A stretch of 64,000 bases of DNA from Candidatus Multivoradales bacterium (lineage in GTDB: Bacteria; Acidobacteriota; Thermoanaerobaculia; Multivoradales; JAHEKO01). The position numbers and the translations under genes are program-made. Shown piece after piece: positions 21,914 to 31,906 of this stretch. The notes below the pieces were generated by a model. The model was not told the DNA's origin, searched no databases, and saw only the letters and a list, made by a program, of their open reading frames with translations. Every line of letters starts with the position of its first letter. Position 1 is the stretch's first letter. The DNA lies in the NCBI GenBank assembly GCA_965223155.1, contig CBDCVR010000015.1:160001-224000 (forward strand), given 5' to 3'.

Positions 21914-22589
21914 CAGACCCCTCCCGAGCCGGACCAGCATGGCCGTCCATCACTCGCGGCACCACCGATCGAAACGTGAGGCGGTGGATCGGACACGGTC
22001 CGTAGCTCGCCAGCGCGCGCCGGTGACTGGGCGCCGCATATCCCTTGTGCTCGGCGAAGCCGTATCCGGGGAACGTAGAGTCCAGGTCGGTCATCAACCG
22101 GTCGCGTTCGGTCTTGGCGAGAATGGACGCGGCGGCGATCGCGTAGCTGACATGGTCGCCCCGAATCACCGGCAAGGTGGGCGTCGGCGCCAGATTCAGG
22201 GTCACCGCGTCCACCAGGACGACGTCGGGCCGGGTCTCGAGCCCGGCCACCGCCTGGAGCATCGCCCGCTTGGTCGCTTCAAGGATGTTGATCCGGTCGA
22301 TGACCGCGGCGTCCACGGCGATGACGGCCGACGCCTTGGCGCCCGCCCGGATCTCGGCGGCCAATGCTGCTCGGGCCTCGGCCGTCAACTGCTTGCTGTC
22401 AGCCACGCCCGGAATCAGGACGCCGGGATCGGGAATGACCGCGGCAGCCACCACGGGTCCGGCGAGACAGCCTCGCCCCACCTCGTCGACGCCCGCGATG
22501 TGCCGAAATCCGGCAGCCCGCAACTCGCCCTCCAAACCGGAGAGAAGCCTTAGGCGGAAACACTCCGCACCGATGTGCGCCAAACTCAC
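21900..22589 (-). CDS. rnhB: Ribonuclease HII
   Basis: GVDEVGRGCLAGP, DSKQL, LVDA, IAAASILAK, HKGY, HRLTF. Confidence 0.95.
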
Positions 22590-22629
22590 TTCGTCAAATC
22601 TTCGCTTCGACGAAGCCGGTCACCGCAGG

Positions 22630-22998
22630 CTAGCTCGTCGACGGGTTGCGCCGGTCGTCGCGGCGTTCTTCGATCCGCGCCGCCTTGCCCCGCAGCTTCC
22701 GCAGATAGTAGAGCTTCGCCCGGCGGACCTTGCCTCGCCGTCCGACCTCGATCTTGTCGATGGTCGGTGAGTGCAGCGGAAAGACCCGCTCCACGCCGAT
22801 GCCACCCGAGACCTTGCGCACCGTGAAAGTTTCGCGGGTGCCGCTACCGCGGCGACCGATCACGATCCCTTCGAAAAGCTGGATACGCTGTTTGTCGCCC
22901 TCGGCGACTTTGACATGGACCTTAACGGTATCGCCCGCCCGGAATTCCGGTACGTCGGATCGCAGGTAGGCGCTTTCGACTTCGCTGAGACGATTCAT
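22630..22998 (-). CDS. rplS: 50S ribosomal protein L19
   Basis: [33 protein letters not shown]. Confidence 0.98.
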   Translation of the reverse strand: MNRLSEVESAYLRSDVPEFRAGDTVKVHVKVAEGDKQRIQLFEGIVIGRRGSGTRETFTVRKVSGGIGVERVFPLHSPTIDKIEVGRRGKVRRAKLYYLRKLRGKAARIEERRDDRRNPSTS

Positions 22999-23053
22999 GA
23001 CGACTCTCCACTTTGGGGAAACGCTCCCCGGCGGGGAGCGGCTCGCGATGATA

Positions 23054-23821
23054 TCACGAGGATTCGACGGAATCGCGCAACTCGGCCACCAGACGGCGGT
23101 CGGTCTCGTCCAGGCGCCCGGCCTCCAGTGCGGCGGCGATCAGATCGGGCCGCCGCTCTAGCGTCCGGCGCAGGGCCTCCCGGCGACGCCAGGCCTCGAT
23201 CCGGGCATGGTCCCCCGACAGCAGCACCTCCGGAACCGCCTCTCCGGCCACCTCGCGCGGACGGGTGTAGTGCGGGTAGTCCAGGAGGCCGCTTCGGAAA
23301 CTCTCGTTGACCACCGAGCGCGGGTCGCCGACCACTCCCGGGACCTGCCGAGAAACCGCTTCGATCACGGCCATCGCCGCAACCTCGCCGCCCGACAGCA
23401 CGAAATCCCCAAGCGAGATCTCCTCGTCCACGACCCGGGTACGCACCCGCTCGTCGATCCCCTCGTAGCGGCCGCAGAGCAACAGCAGATGTGGACGCTG
23501 GGCCAGGGTCCGCACGCGCTCGTCGTCGAGCGGACGGCCCTGAGGGCTCAAGAGCACCCGCCACGCCGGCTCACGGCCGGAAGACCCGTCGGCGCCCTCG
23601 AGGGCCGCAACCGCCTGCAGCCAGGGCTCGGCCAGCATCACCATACCCTCGCCGCCGCCGTACGGCTCGTCGTCGACCACCCGGTGGGGCCCGGCGGCGT
23701 AGTCGCGAAGGTCATGGACGCCGATCGCGATCCGGCCGGCATCGATCGCCCGGCCCACCAGGCTGGTGGTGACAAAGCCGGCAAAGAGCTCGGGGAAGAT
23801 GGTTACGACCGTGAACTGCAC
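23054..23821 (-). CDS. trmD: tRNA (guanine37-N1)-methyltransferase
   Basis: [42 protein letters not shown]. Confidence 0.97.
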   Translation of the reverse strand: MQFTVVTIFPELFAGFVTTSLVGRAIDAGRIAIGVHDLRDYAAGPHRVVDDEPYGGGEGMVMLAEPWLQAVAALEGADGSSGREPAWRVLLSPQGRPLDDERVRTLAQRPHLLLLCGRYEGIDERVRTRVVDEEISLGDFVLSGGEVAAMAVIEAVSRQVPGVVGDPRSVVNESFRSGLLDYPHYTRPREVAGEAVPEVLLSGDHARIEAWRRREALRRTLERRPDLIAAALEAGRLDETDRRLVAELRDSVESS

Positions 23822-24342
23822 GTTTCGACCAGCCCCTCGGGAAGCTCGAGAGCGATCCGCTTCTCGGTTGTGTCGATCTCGACCAGAAACGCACGAACGA
23901 ACGGGACCAGCAGCCGCTCGCCGTCGCCGTCGATCTCCAGAATCCAGCCACCGCCGTCTTCACGTACCGCCGACACGACTCCCAACCGTCCCAGCCGGGC
24001 GTCGGTGCAGACACATCCGAGGAGCTCGAACTGGTAGTACGCGCCCCCGGGCGCGGGCGCGACCTCCGCGGCCGGGACCGCCAGCCGGCAGCCGCGCAGC
24101 TCGTCGGCCTGATCCCGGTCCTGGAAGCCCTCGAAACGGACCCGGACCGCTCCCCGGTGCGGCCTGGCCGTTTCCACGGACAACATCTCGGAGATCCCTT
24201 CGGGACCGATCACGAGGAGCGAGGAACCGGCCTGGAACCGCTCGGCGTTGTCGGTCAGCACCTCGACCAGCACTTCGCCCCGGATACCGTGCGGCCGGCG
24301 CACGGCGCCCACCAGCACAACATCGTCGGCTTCGGCAGACAC
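23803..24342 (-). CDS. rimM: Ribosome maturation factor RimM
   Basis: [13 protein letters not shown]; canonical position between khpA and trmD. Confidence 0.93.
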   Translation of the reverse strand: MSAEADDVVLVGAVRRPHGIRGEVLVEVLTDNAERFQAGSSLLVIGPEGISEMLSVETARPHRGAVRVRFEGFQDRDQADELRGCRLAVPAAEVAPAPGGAYYQFELLGCVCTDARLGRLGVVSAVREDGGGWILEIDGDGERLLVPFVRAFLVEIDTTEKRIALELPEGLVETCSSRS

Positions 24343-24356
24343 CTGCCGGCGCCGGT

Positions 24357-24590
24357 CTAGTCGTCCAGGATCTTGAGCTCTAGGGGACTCTCGGAGGGCA
24401 GCGCCCGCGCCGCAAGGACGGTGCGCAGAGCACGCACGGTTCGGCCCTGGCGCCCGATCACCTTGCCCAGATCCTGGGAAGCAAGGCGCATCTCGAGAAG
24501 GTCGGCGCCGTAGTCCTCTTCAATCTCGATACGGTCGGGAGCGTCGACGAGAAGCTCCACCACCCGATTCAGGTCTTCGCGAACGCTCAT
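24357..24590 (-). CDS. khpA: KH-domain RNA-binding protein
   Basis: DLGKVIGRQGRT; lies between rpsP and rimM. Start ATG 24590. Confidence 0.9.
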   Translation of the reverse strand: MSVREDLNRVVELLVDAPDRIEIEEDYGADLLEMRLASQDLGKVIGRQGRTVRALRTVLAARALPSESPLELKILDD

Positions 24591-24613
24591 GGCCTCTGGC
24601 TCCGGATTCGCGA

Positions 24614-24856
24614 TCAAGCGGCGCCCTGGTGGCCGCGTACCAGCTTGGCAACCGCGGGCGACATCTGTGCCCCCTTGGCCACCCACTCTTGAATGCGGTC
24701 AAGGTCCAAAACGGCGTCCTCGAGCCCTCGGGTGGGATCGTAGTGGCCCAGCTCCTCGATCGCGGAACTCAACGGGGTGCGCCGGGAGTCCGACAGCACG
24801 ACCCGATACCTGGGTCGGTTTCGATTTCCCATTCTGCGCAGGCGAATCTTCAACAT
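24614..24856 (-). CDS. rpsP: 30S ribosomal protein S16
   Basis: MLKIRLRRMG, YRVVLSDSR, ELGHYDP, GAQMS. Confidence 0.97.
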   Translation of the reverse strand: MLKIRLRRMGNRNRPRYRVVLSDSRRTPLSSAIEELGHYDPTRGLEDAVLDLDRIQEWVAKGAQMSPAVAKLVRGHQGAA

Positions 24857-24928
24857 GGTTTGATCCTTCGAAATAGTCTGAGGTCGCGGGCCCGGTCGGC
24901 CCTAAACGGGCGGCCAAGCCAGCCGCGA

Positions 24929-24937
24929 ATTCTAGCA
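24929..24937 (-). promoter_or_regulatory. Extended -10 element upstream of rpsP
   Basis: TGCTAGAAT on the minus strand in the ffh-rpsP gap. Confidence 0.5.
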
Positions 24938-24957
24938 GAAAGCGGCCTAATCCGCCG

Positions 24958-26289
24958 CTAGCGGCCGCCCATGGCCTTCTTGAGCCAACCCCCGCGTACC
25001 GACTTCATCATCTTGCGCATGGCCCGGTACTGCTTGATGACCTGATTGACGTCCTGGACCCGGGTCCCGGAACCGCGGGCGATGCGCCGCTTGCGGGAAG
25101 CGTTGAGCGCGAGCGGCTTCCGGCGCTCGGCCGGCGTCATCGAGTCGATGATGACCTCCACCCGCCGCAACTGCGATTCGTCGATCGAAGCCGGATCCAA
25201 CCCCCGCAGAGGGCCGGTCTTGGGCAAGGCTCCCAGCAGTTGGGACAGCGGTCCCATCTTGCGCATCTGGCGCAACTGGTCCCGGAGGTCTTCGAGCGTG
25301 AACTCGTTTCTGGCCAGCCGCTCGGCGAGTCGGCGGGTATCGGCGCCGTCGAGGCCTTGCTCGGCCTTTTCGATCAGACTCAGGACATCGCCCATGCCCA
25401 GAATCCGTGAGGCCATCCGGTCCGGGTGAAAGTCCTCGAGATCCTCGGGCTTCTCGCCCACGCCCGCCAGCCGAATCGGGATCTTCGTCACCGCCCGGAC
25501 CGACAGCGCGGCGCCGCCGCGCGTGTCGCCGTCAAGCTTGGTCAGCACGACGCCGGTCAAGTCCAGGGCTTCCGAAAATGCCTCGGCGCTACGCACTGCA
25601 TCCTGGCCGGTCATGGCGTCCGCCACGAACAGGAGCTCCGAAGGCGCAACGGCCGCGGCCAGCCGGCGAAGCTCGTCCATCAAGCCGGCGTCGACGTGAA
25701 GCCGGCCGGCCGAGTCCACAATCACGACATCGCGGCCCAGCTCTCGCGCCCGCCGTATCGAATCGCCGGCGAAAGCCACGACATCGAGGCCGGAAGCGTC
25801 ATCGGTTTCCGGAGCCAAGACCGGAGCGTCCACCGCCGCTCCCACCTGGCGAAGCTGCTCGACCGCCGCAGCCCGCTGGAAGTCGGCAGCCACTAGGGCC
25901 GGATTGCGGCCCTGGCTCCGAAACCGGCGCGCCAGCTTGCCGGCGATGGTGGTCTTGCCCGAGCCCTGGAGCCCGCACAAGAGGACAACCGCCGGCGAAC
26001 CGGAGGCCTGAAGCGGCGAGGCCGTACCGCCCAGCAGATCGACCATCTCGGCGTGGACGATCTTCACGACCTGTTGAGCCGGCGTCAGACTCTCGACGAC
26101 CTTCTGGCCGGCGGCTTCTTCCCGGATGCGCTCGACGAAGTCCTTGACTACCTTGTAATGGACGTCGGCCTCGAGGAGAGCCAGCCGGATCTCGCGCAGA
26201 GCGGCGTTCAGAACCTCCTGGGAAACGCGGCCCTCGCCGCGTAAGCGACGGAAAACCCCCTGGAGGCGGTCTTGAAGTCGCTCGAACAT
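24958..26289 (-). CDS. ffh: Signal recognition particle protein
   Basis: ALLEADV, GLQGSGKTT, DSAGR, TKLDGD, RILGMGD, M domain. Confidence 0.97.
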   Translation of the reverse strand: MFERLQDRLQGVFRRLRGEGRVSQEVLNAALREIRLALLEADVHYKVVKDFVERIREEAAGQKVVESLTPAQQVVKIVHAEMVDLLGGTASPLQASGSPAVVLLCGLQGSGKTTIAGKLARRFRSQGRNPALVAADFQRAAAVEQLRQVGAAVDAPVLAPETDDASGLDVVAFAGDSIRRARELGRDVVIVDSAGRLHVDAGLMDELRRLAAAVAPSELLFVADAMTGQDAVRSAEAFSEALDLTGVVLTKLDGDTRGGAALSVRAVTKIPIRLAGVGEKPEDLEDFHPDRMASRILGMGDVLSLIEKAEQGLDGADTRRLAERLARNEFTLEDLRDQLRQMRKMGPLSQLLGALPKTGPLRGLDPASIDESQLRRVEVIIDSMTPAERRKPLALNASRKRRIARGSGTRVQDVNQVIKQYRAMRKMMKSVRGGWLKKAMGGR

Positions 26290-26411
26290 CGGAGCCGGAT
26301 GCTACACGCCACCAGCCGGCATGCGCCAGGCCGCCATCATCAATTCGGCACAAGAGATCCGGCCGCGATTCCGTGGACAGCCTCGACGACGCCGTATACT
26401 CGCCGCCGCCC

Positions 26412-27926
26412 ATGGAACGTCGCGCCAAGATCGTCGCCACCATCGGACCGTCGTCGTCGAGTCCATCGGTCGTCAAGCGCCTGCTCGCAGCCGGCGCCGA
26501 CGTCGTGCGCATCAATCTTTCCCACGGCGACGAGACGCAGCATCGGGAGATCTTCGCCGCCGTGCGCGCCGCCGCCGAGGCGGCCGATCGCCACGTCCCC
26601 ATCATCATGGATCTGATGGGGCCCCGGTACCGGCTCGGAACCCTGGCAGCCGATCTCCGCCTCAAGAAGGGCGAGCGTGTCTGGGTCGGAGCCCGCTCCG
26701 GGAGCGAGGTCGACGGCCCCATGCTGCCCATTGACGAGCCCCGGCTCCTGAGGCACCTGGCACCCGGCGAGAGGCTCCTGATCGCTGACGGCCTGGTGGA
26801 GCTCAAGGTCCGGAGCAAGCGCAGAGGCCGGATTGAGGCCACGGTGGTCAACGGCGGCCCGGTGTCGAGCCGCAAGGGCATCAACCTGCCGGACAGCGAC
26901 CTGCCGTTCTCGATCTCGGCGAAGGACCGGAGCGACATGGCGCTGGCGGTCGAGCTGGGCGCCGATTATCTGGCGGCAAGCTACGTCGGCACCGCACGGG
27001 ACCTGGCGGCCATCCGGAAGGTCGTGGCAGATGCCGGCCCGGGGGCCGACGGCAAGCAGGTCACGATACCGATCGTAGCCAAGCTCGAACGGGCTCGGGC
27101 CATCGACCATCTGGACGACATCGTGACCCACGCGGACGCGGTCATGGTGGCGCGGGGGGATCTGGGCGTGGAAGTACCGCTCCACCGGGTGCCCGTGCTG
27201 CAGAAGCAGATCATCGAGTCCGGGCGGCTCCACGGCAAGCCCGTCATCGTCGCCACCCAGATGCTGGAGTCCATGATCGAACAGCCCCGGCCGACCCGTG
27301 CCGAATCGTCCGACGTGGCCAACGCGGTCTTCGACGGCGCCGACGCCCTCATGCTCTCGGGCGAGACCGCGGCCGGCCGGCACCCGGTTGAGGCGGTCCG
27401 CACCATGGCTCGAATCATCGTCGAGGCCGAGGCACACGGCATCGGCGCGCGCCGGGCCGGCGAGATCAAGCCGCTGGCCCGGGCCGGAGATCTGGCCGTC
27501 ATCAACAAGCGGGACCGCCGGGCGGGGAACCAGTTCGTGCTCGCCGACGTGGTCTCGGCCGCCGCCGTCTTCTCCACCCGCCACGTCGGCGTCCGCCAGA
27601 TCGTCGCCTTCAGTCAGGGCGGCTTCACCGCCCGCATGATCGCCCGCTACCGGCCGCGCACGCCGATCTGCGTTCTGACGCGCACCCCGGCGGTGGCCCG
27701 CCGGATCCAGCTCATTTGGGGGATTCGACCGATGCTGATTGGCGAATCCGGCGCCGGCGCCGTCCAGCACGATGAGATCGTCGAGGTCGTGGACCGCATG
27801 CTCCTCGAGGCCCGGCTGGCCAAGGCCAACGACATCATCGTGCTCCTTATGGGGGTGCCGATGGCCGAGAAACCGCTGACCAACCTGATGCGGCTCCACC
27901 GGGTGCGGCGACGTCCCGGGTCCTAG
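26412..27926 (+). CDS. pyk: Pyruvate kinase
   Basis: KIVATIGP, RINLSHG, KGINLP, AKLE, MVARGDLGVE, ATQMLESM, PTRAE, MLSGETA. Confidence 0.97.
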   Translation: MERRAKIVATIGPSSSSPSVVKRLLAAGADVVRINLSHGDETQHREIFAAVRAAAEAADRHVPIIMDLMGPRYRLGTLAADLRLKKGERVWVGARSGSEVDGPMLPIDEPRLLRHLAPGERLLIADGLVELKVRSKRRGRIEATVVNGGPVSSRKGINLPDSDLPFSISAKDRSDMALAVELGADYLAASYVGTARDLAAIRKVVADAGPGADGKQVTIPIVAKLERARAIDHLDDIVTHADAVMVARGDLGVEVPLHRVPVLQKQIIESGRLHGKPVIVATQMLESMIEQPRPTRAESSDVANAVFDGADALMLSGETAAGRHPVEAVRTMARIIVEAEAHGIGARRAGEIKPLARAGDLAVINKRDRRAGNQFVLADVVSAAAVFSTRHVGVRQIVAFSQGGFTARMIARYRPRTPICVLTRTPAVARRIQLIWGIRPMLIGESGAGAVQHDEIVEVVDRMLLEARLAKANDIIVLLMGVPMAEKPLTNLMRLHRVRRRPGS

Positions 27927-28057
27927 CAGCCCGCCGTAGAGCTCCAGGTGGTCGCGTTGCGAGCGCCATGGAGCCAGATCCGAGGCGCGGGGCCGCAGAC
28001 GATGCCGGCGCCTCGTCGGGGCCCGGCAACGCCGGGAGATGGCCCCATGCCGGCTAG
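27923..28057 (+). repeat. CTAG-bounded intergenic element (copy C), MITE/REP-like
   Basis: Runs from the pyk stop (CTAG) to the mmpL stop (CTAG). Starts CTAGCAGC and shares CGGCAACGCCG with copy A. Confidence 0.5.
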
Positions 28058-30609
28058 GTTCCGTCGCCGTCGAGCCGGTTGATGAGCGACAGAAACGCGG
28101 GCAGGACCGTGATCGCCACGATCCCGGTCGCCACCGCTCCCAGGATCGCGACCACTCCCATCGAGCTGAGTCCCGGATACGAGGACCCGGAGAGGGAGCC
28201 GAAGCCCACGATCGTGGACAGGGCCGCCAGGGTGATGGCCTTGCCGGTCTCGACCATCCCTTGGTGCCGTTGCTCCCGTCCGGCGGTGGCGAACTCGCGG
28301 TGCCGATGCACCATGTGGACGCCGTAATCGACGCCAATGCCGATGATCATGGTGGTGACGAAGATGTTCATGAAGTTCATCGGCAGGCCCAACCACCCCA
28401 TCGCGCCCAGCATCCAGACGATGCCGAGTACCAGCGGTCCGAGAGCCAGGGCGGTCGAGCGCAGGTTCCGGAAGTCGAAGTACAGCAGGATGGCGACCAG
28501 GACGAAGCCCAAGATGGCGGCGAAAACGGCATCGTCCAGGACGCGCTCGCGCATGTACCGGCTGATCACGTTGGCCCCTGTCAGTCGCACCGAGGGCCCC
28601 AGCTCGCGCACCAGAGCTTCGGCCCCCGGCGGCGGCTCGCGCCGCCAGGTCTTGGCTGGTGGATAGAGATAGACGGCGCTGGTCCAAGTCGAACCCTCGA
28701 GGCTCAAGTACCGATCGACCAGTTGCCCCGCCTGGGGATCGCGGCGGACCTCCTCGATCGAGAGCGGACGATCGCGTGACAAAGCCGACTCGAGCAGAGT
28801 CAGACCGCGCTCGAAGGGTTCAATCCGGAGCCCTTCGGCGGCCACCGCCTCCCGGAAGGTCCGCGCGATCCGCGCCGGGGCCAACCGATCGGACCGGGCC
28901 GCTTCGAGCCAGGTCAGGGCCGCCTCTTGCCGGGCCGGAGGCGGCAGGATCGTGGCGATCGAATCGACGTCGCGCAGGACGTCCTCGGCCATCAGCGACT
29001 CTCCGCCTTCCTGCGCGCGCTGGGTCAGCTCCAACACCTCGTCGAGGTCCTCGCCGCTCGCCATCAGCACCATCTGGTCGAAACCGATGCCGAAGCGCTC
29101 CGCCACCTCGTCCCGAACCTCGACCCCCGGGTTGCCCTTGGGGCGCATCGCCTGGACGCTGTCCTCGAAGCGAAGTCCGCCCAGCCCGGCGGCGGCGGCG
29201 AGAGTGATCAAGGCTCCCAGGACCAGCACCAGCCGGCGTTTGCGCAGCACCCAGCGGATGAGCCAGCCACTACCGAAGCCATGCAAGTTGAGCCGCGGCA
29301 AGGTCTGCCGCCGAGAGTGACGGTCCTCCGCCCAGGAGAGCATCGCCGGCAGCAAGAAAAGGACGGAGACCATGCATAACAGGATGCCCGTCCCGGTCAG
29401 GAGGCCCATCTGCAAGAGGCCGGTGAAGTCGGTGACCATGAAGGCGTAGAACGTGGCCGCGCTGGTCACGCCGCCGATGAAGACGGCGCGGCCCGAGGAG
29501 CCGCTCATGGTGGCCAGCGCGTCGTCGTGGTCCTGCCCCCGATGCCGCTCTTCCACGTACCGGCCGTAGGAGACGATGATGAAATCGATCCCCAGGCCCA
29601 CAAGCAGCGCCGCCACGCCGCTGGTCGCCGCGCTCAAGGTTCCGTAGAGCCCGGAGGCCACGCCAAAGGTCAGCACCAGTCCGCAGGCCAGGGGGACGAA
29701 GGCGTAGAGCAGCAAGCCGAGCCGGCGGAAAGCCAGGTAGAAGAGAACCAGGACCCCGAGCATGGAGGTAGCGATGTTCGAGACGACGTCAGAACGGATC
29801 GAGCCGGCGTCGCCCACGACAATGACGTGCCGTCCTCCAAGCGCCACCGTCGGCTCGATCAGGTCTTCGCCGTCGAAGCGCTCCCGCCAAGCGGCCACGG
29901 TTGCCTCCACCTTGCCTTCCACTGCCTCGATCAGGCCCTTGGCGTAGTCCACGTCCTGGGGCGGACCGTCGGGTTTGGCCAGGAGCAACATCATGCGGCG
30001 GTCCTTGGACAGGAAGAAGCCTTGCTGCCAGTTGACCGCGAAGCCGGAGCTGCTGCCCGCCAAGACGTCCAGGAACACATCGGCGACGCCGAGCGGATCC
30101 AGCAGAACCAGGTCCTTCTGAATCAGAAGCCTGGGCGTGGTGATGAGCCGCCGAAGCTCGCGCGCGCGCTGGCGGATAGCATCGTCTTCCAACCGATCGG
30201 CCAGCTCTTCGAGCTCTTCGTCGGACAAGAACAGTAGGGCGCGCGGGAGAAACGAGTTGACGATCGCGTCGAGGTCCCCGATCCGGTACCGCACTTCGGT
30301 GAGGCTCTCGATCTCGGTCAACCGCTCGCCGAGCATCTCGACGAAGGTCTCGTAGGGCGCCAGTACGGCCTCCTCCGGGAGACGTACCGCGACCAGCAAG
30401 TAGTCGACGCTGCCAAAGTCTTCGAGCGCCTTGCGAAAATCTTCGACCTCGGGCGATTTCCTGGGCAGCAGGCCCAAGACGTCGGTGTCGAAGCTCAGCC
30501 GGGAAGCTCCGGCCAGCGAGGCTGCGACAGCCACGAGGGCCACCAGAAAGACGCTCCGGTAGCGCCGTCGCGCGAAGCTCGCGATCCGCCGCAGCGAAGG
30601 GTGCAGCAT
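28054..30609 (-). CDS. MMPL/RND-family membrane transporter
   Basis: Two repeats of TM + periplasmic loop + 5 TM; GLGIDF and GIGVDY motifs. Confidence 0.9.
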   Translation of the reverse strand: MLHPSLRRIASFARRRYRSVFLVALVAVAASLAGASRLSFDTDVLGLLPRKSPEVEDFRKALEDFGSVDYLLVAVRLPEEAVLAPYETFVEMLGERLTEIESLTEVRYRIGDLDAIVNSFLPRALLFLSDEELEELADRLEDDAIRQRARELRRLITTPRLLIQKDLVLLDPLGVADVFLDVLAGSSSGFAVNWQQGFFLSKDRRMMLLLAKPDGPPQDVDYAKGLIEAVEGKVEATVAAWRERFDGEDLIEPTVALGGRHVIVVGDAGSIRSDVVSNIATSMLGVLVLFYLAFRRLGLLLYAFVPLACGLVLTFGVASGLYGTLSAATSGVAALLVGLGIDFIIVSYGRYVEERHRGQDHDDALATMSGSSGRAVFIGGVTSAATFYAFMVTDFTGLLQMGLLTGTGILLCMVSVLFLLPAMLSWAEDRHSRRQTLPRLNLHGFGSGWLIRWVLRKRRLVLVLGALITLAAAAGLGGLRFEDSVQAMRPKGNPGVEVRDEVAERFGIGFDQMVLMASGEDLDEVLELTQRAQEGGESLMAEDVLRDVDSIATILPPPARQEAALTWLEAARSDRLAPARIARTFREAVAAEGLRIEPFERGLTLLESALSRDRPLSIEEVRRDPQAGQLVDRYLSLEGSTWTSAVYLYPPAKTWRREPPPGAEALVRELGPSVRLTGANVISRYMRERVLDDAVFAAILGFVLVAILLYFDFRNLRSTALALGPLVLGIVWMLGAMGWLGLPMNFMNIFVTTMIIGIGVDYGVHMVHRHREFATAGREQRHQGMVETGKAITLAALSTIVGFGSLSGSSYPGLSSMGVVAILGAVATGIVAITVLPAFLSLINRLDGDGT

Positions 30610-31187
30610 CAGGAGTCGGGTTGCCGCAAAGCCGCTTGCGGCTCGGCGTCACGCCCGAACAACACCGGCCCGTAGCGGAAGAAATACTCGAAGCCCGAGT
30701 AGAGGCTCACCACCATCGCGATCCAGAGCGACGCCGGGGCCAGGCGCTGGAAGCTGCCCAAGCGGTTCGAGATGATGAGCAGCGAGATCGCGACCATCTG
30801 AGTCACGGTCTTGACTTTGGCCGAGGGAATCGCCGCCAGTACCAGGCTCTCCGAAGCCGCGACGCCGCGTAGCGCCGACACCGCGAACTCGCGGGCGATA
30901 ATCGCGGCGACCATCCAGGCCGGAGCCAGGCCCAGCTCCACCAGCGAGATCAGTGCCGCCGAAGTCAGGATCTTGTCGGCGGCCGGGTCCAGGAGCTTGC
31001 CCAGTCGCGTCACGAGCTTGCGGCGGCGCGCGATGTGTCCGTCCAGGAAATCGGTGGCGGCGGCCACCAGGAAGACGGCCAGCCCGACGAATTCCTTGCC
31101 ATCGAACTTGGTCAGCAAGACGGCGACCAGAACCGGCACCAGCAGAATCCTGGTCAGCGAGAGGACGTTGGGCAGGTTCAGCAACAT
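30609..31187 (-). CDS. pgsA: CDP-diacylglycerol--glycerol-3-phosphate 3-phosphatidyltransferase
   Basis: NLPNVLSLTR, TDFLDGHIAR, GKLLDPAADK. Confidence 0.93.
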   Translation of the reverse strand: MLLNLPNVLSLTRILLVPVLVAVLLTKFDGKEFVGLAVFLVAAATDFLDGHIARRRKLVTRLGKLLDPAADKILTSAALISLVELGLAPAWMVAAIIAREFAVSALRGVAASESLVLAAIPSAKVKTVTQMVAISLLIISNRLGSFQRLAPASLWIAMVVSLYSGFEYFFRYGPVLFGRDAEPQAALRQPDS

Positions 31188-31906
31188 CACGGCCGCCGGC
31201 TGGGTCGAGTCGTGGTCATCACCAGGCGTCCGCTCGCGTCCCGGATCAGGTAGGTCCGCCGCCCGCGGCTCACCCTGCCTGTCCGGCTCAAACGGAACGA
31301 ATCGTCGCCCCGGTACTCACGCAGAATCCGCTCGACGTAGCGCTCAGTCTCGCGGTAGGGCGGTATGCCCCCGAAGCTACGCACGGCCTCGGGACCCGCG
31401 TTGTAGGCGGCCAGCGCCAGCTCCACGCTGCCGAACCGGTCCAGCATCCTTTTCAAGTAGCGCGTTCCCGCTCGGACATTCTGCTCCGGATCGTAGGGAT
31501 CGGTCACCGAGTACATGGCGGCGGTCGCGGGCATGAGCTGCATCAATCCCATGGCTCCCTTAGTGGAAACCGCCGAGGGGTTGTACGACGATTCGGCCGC
31601 GACGACCGCCATGACCAGCTTCGGCTCAAGGCCCGCCACGCGGGCGAAACGCTCGATTGTGGGTCGGTGCTGTTCCCGGCGCTCGGACCAAGAGCCCGTC
31701 GCCGGCACCCGCGCCGCCGGTACGGCCGGTCCCGCCGCCGCTCGGGGGGAACCGCCGACGTTGTAGACGTGAAGGCCGCCGTCGGGGCGCTTGCGAATCT
31801 TGACCTCGGAGCTCGCCGGTGACGCCGCCAGCAGCACGGCCACCGCCAGCCCCAGCCTTGGCACGGCGCCGAGGTCTCGACCCAACCGTCGCCAGTGCCC
31901 CTTCAC
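31187..31906 (-). CDS. Lytic transglycosylase (SLT domain), exported
   Basis: AESSYNP, GAMGLMQLMP, ALAAYNAG, GIPPYRET. Confidence 0.92.
   Translation of the reverse strand: MKGHWRRLGRDLGAVPRLGLAVAVLLAASPASSEVKIRKRPDGGLHVYNVGGSPRAAAGPAVPAARVPATGSWSERREQHRPTIERFARVAGLEPKLVMAVVAAESSYNPSAVSTKGAMGLMQLMPATAAMYSVTDPYDPEQNVRAGTRYLKRMLDRFGSVELALAAYNAGPEAVRSFGGIPPYRETERYVERILREYRGDDSFRLSRTGRVSRGRRTYLIRDASGRLVMTTTRPSRRP

Noticed and set aside
24857-26411. SRP RNA or tRNA near ffh
   Set aside because: No SRP-like stem-loop or tRNA cloverleaf seen in the flanking gaps.
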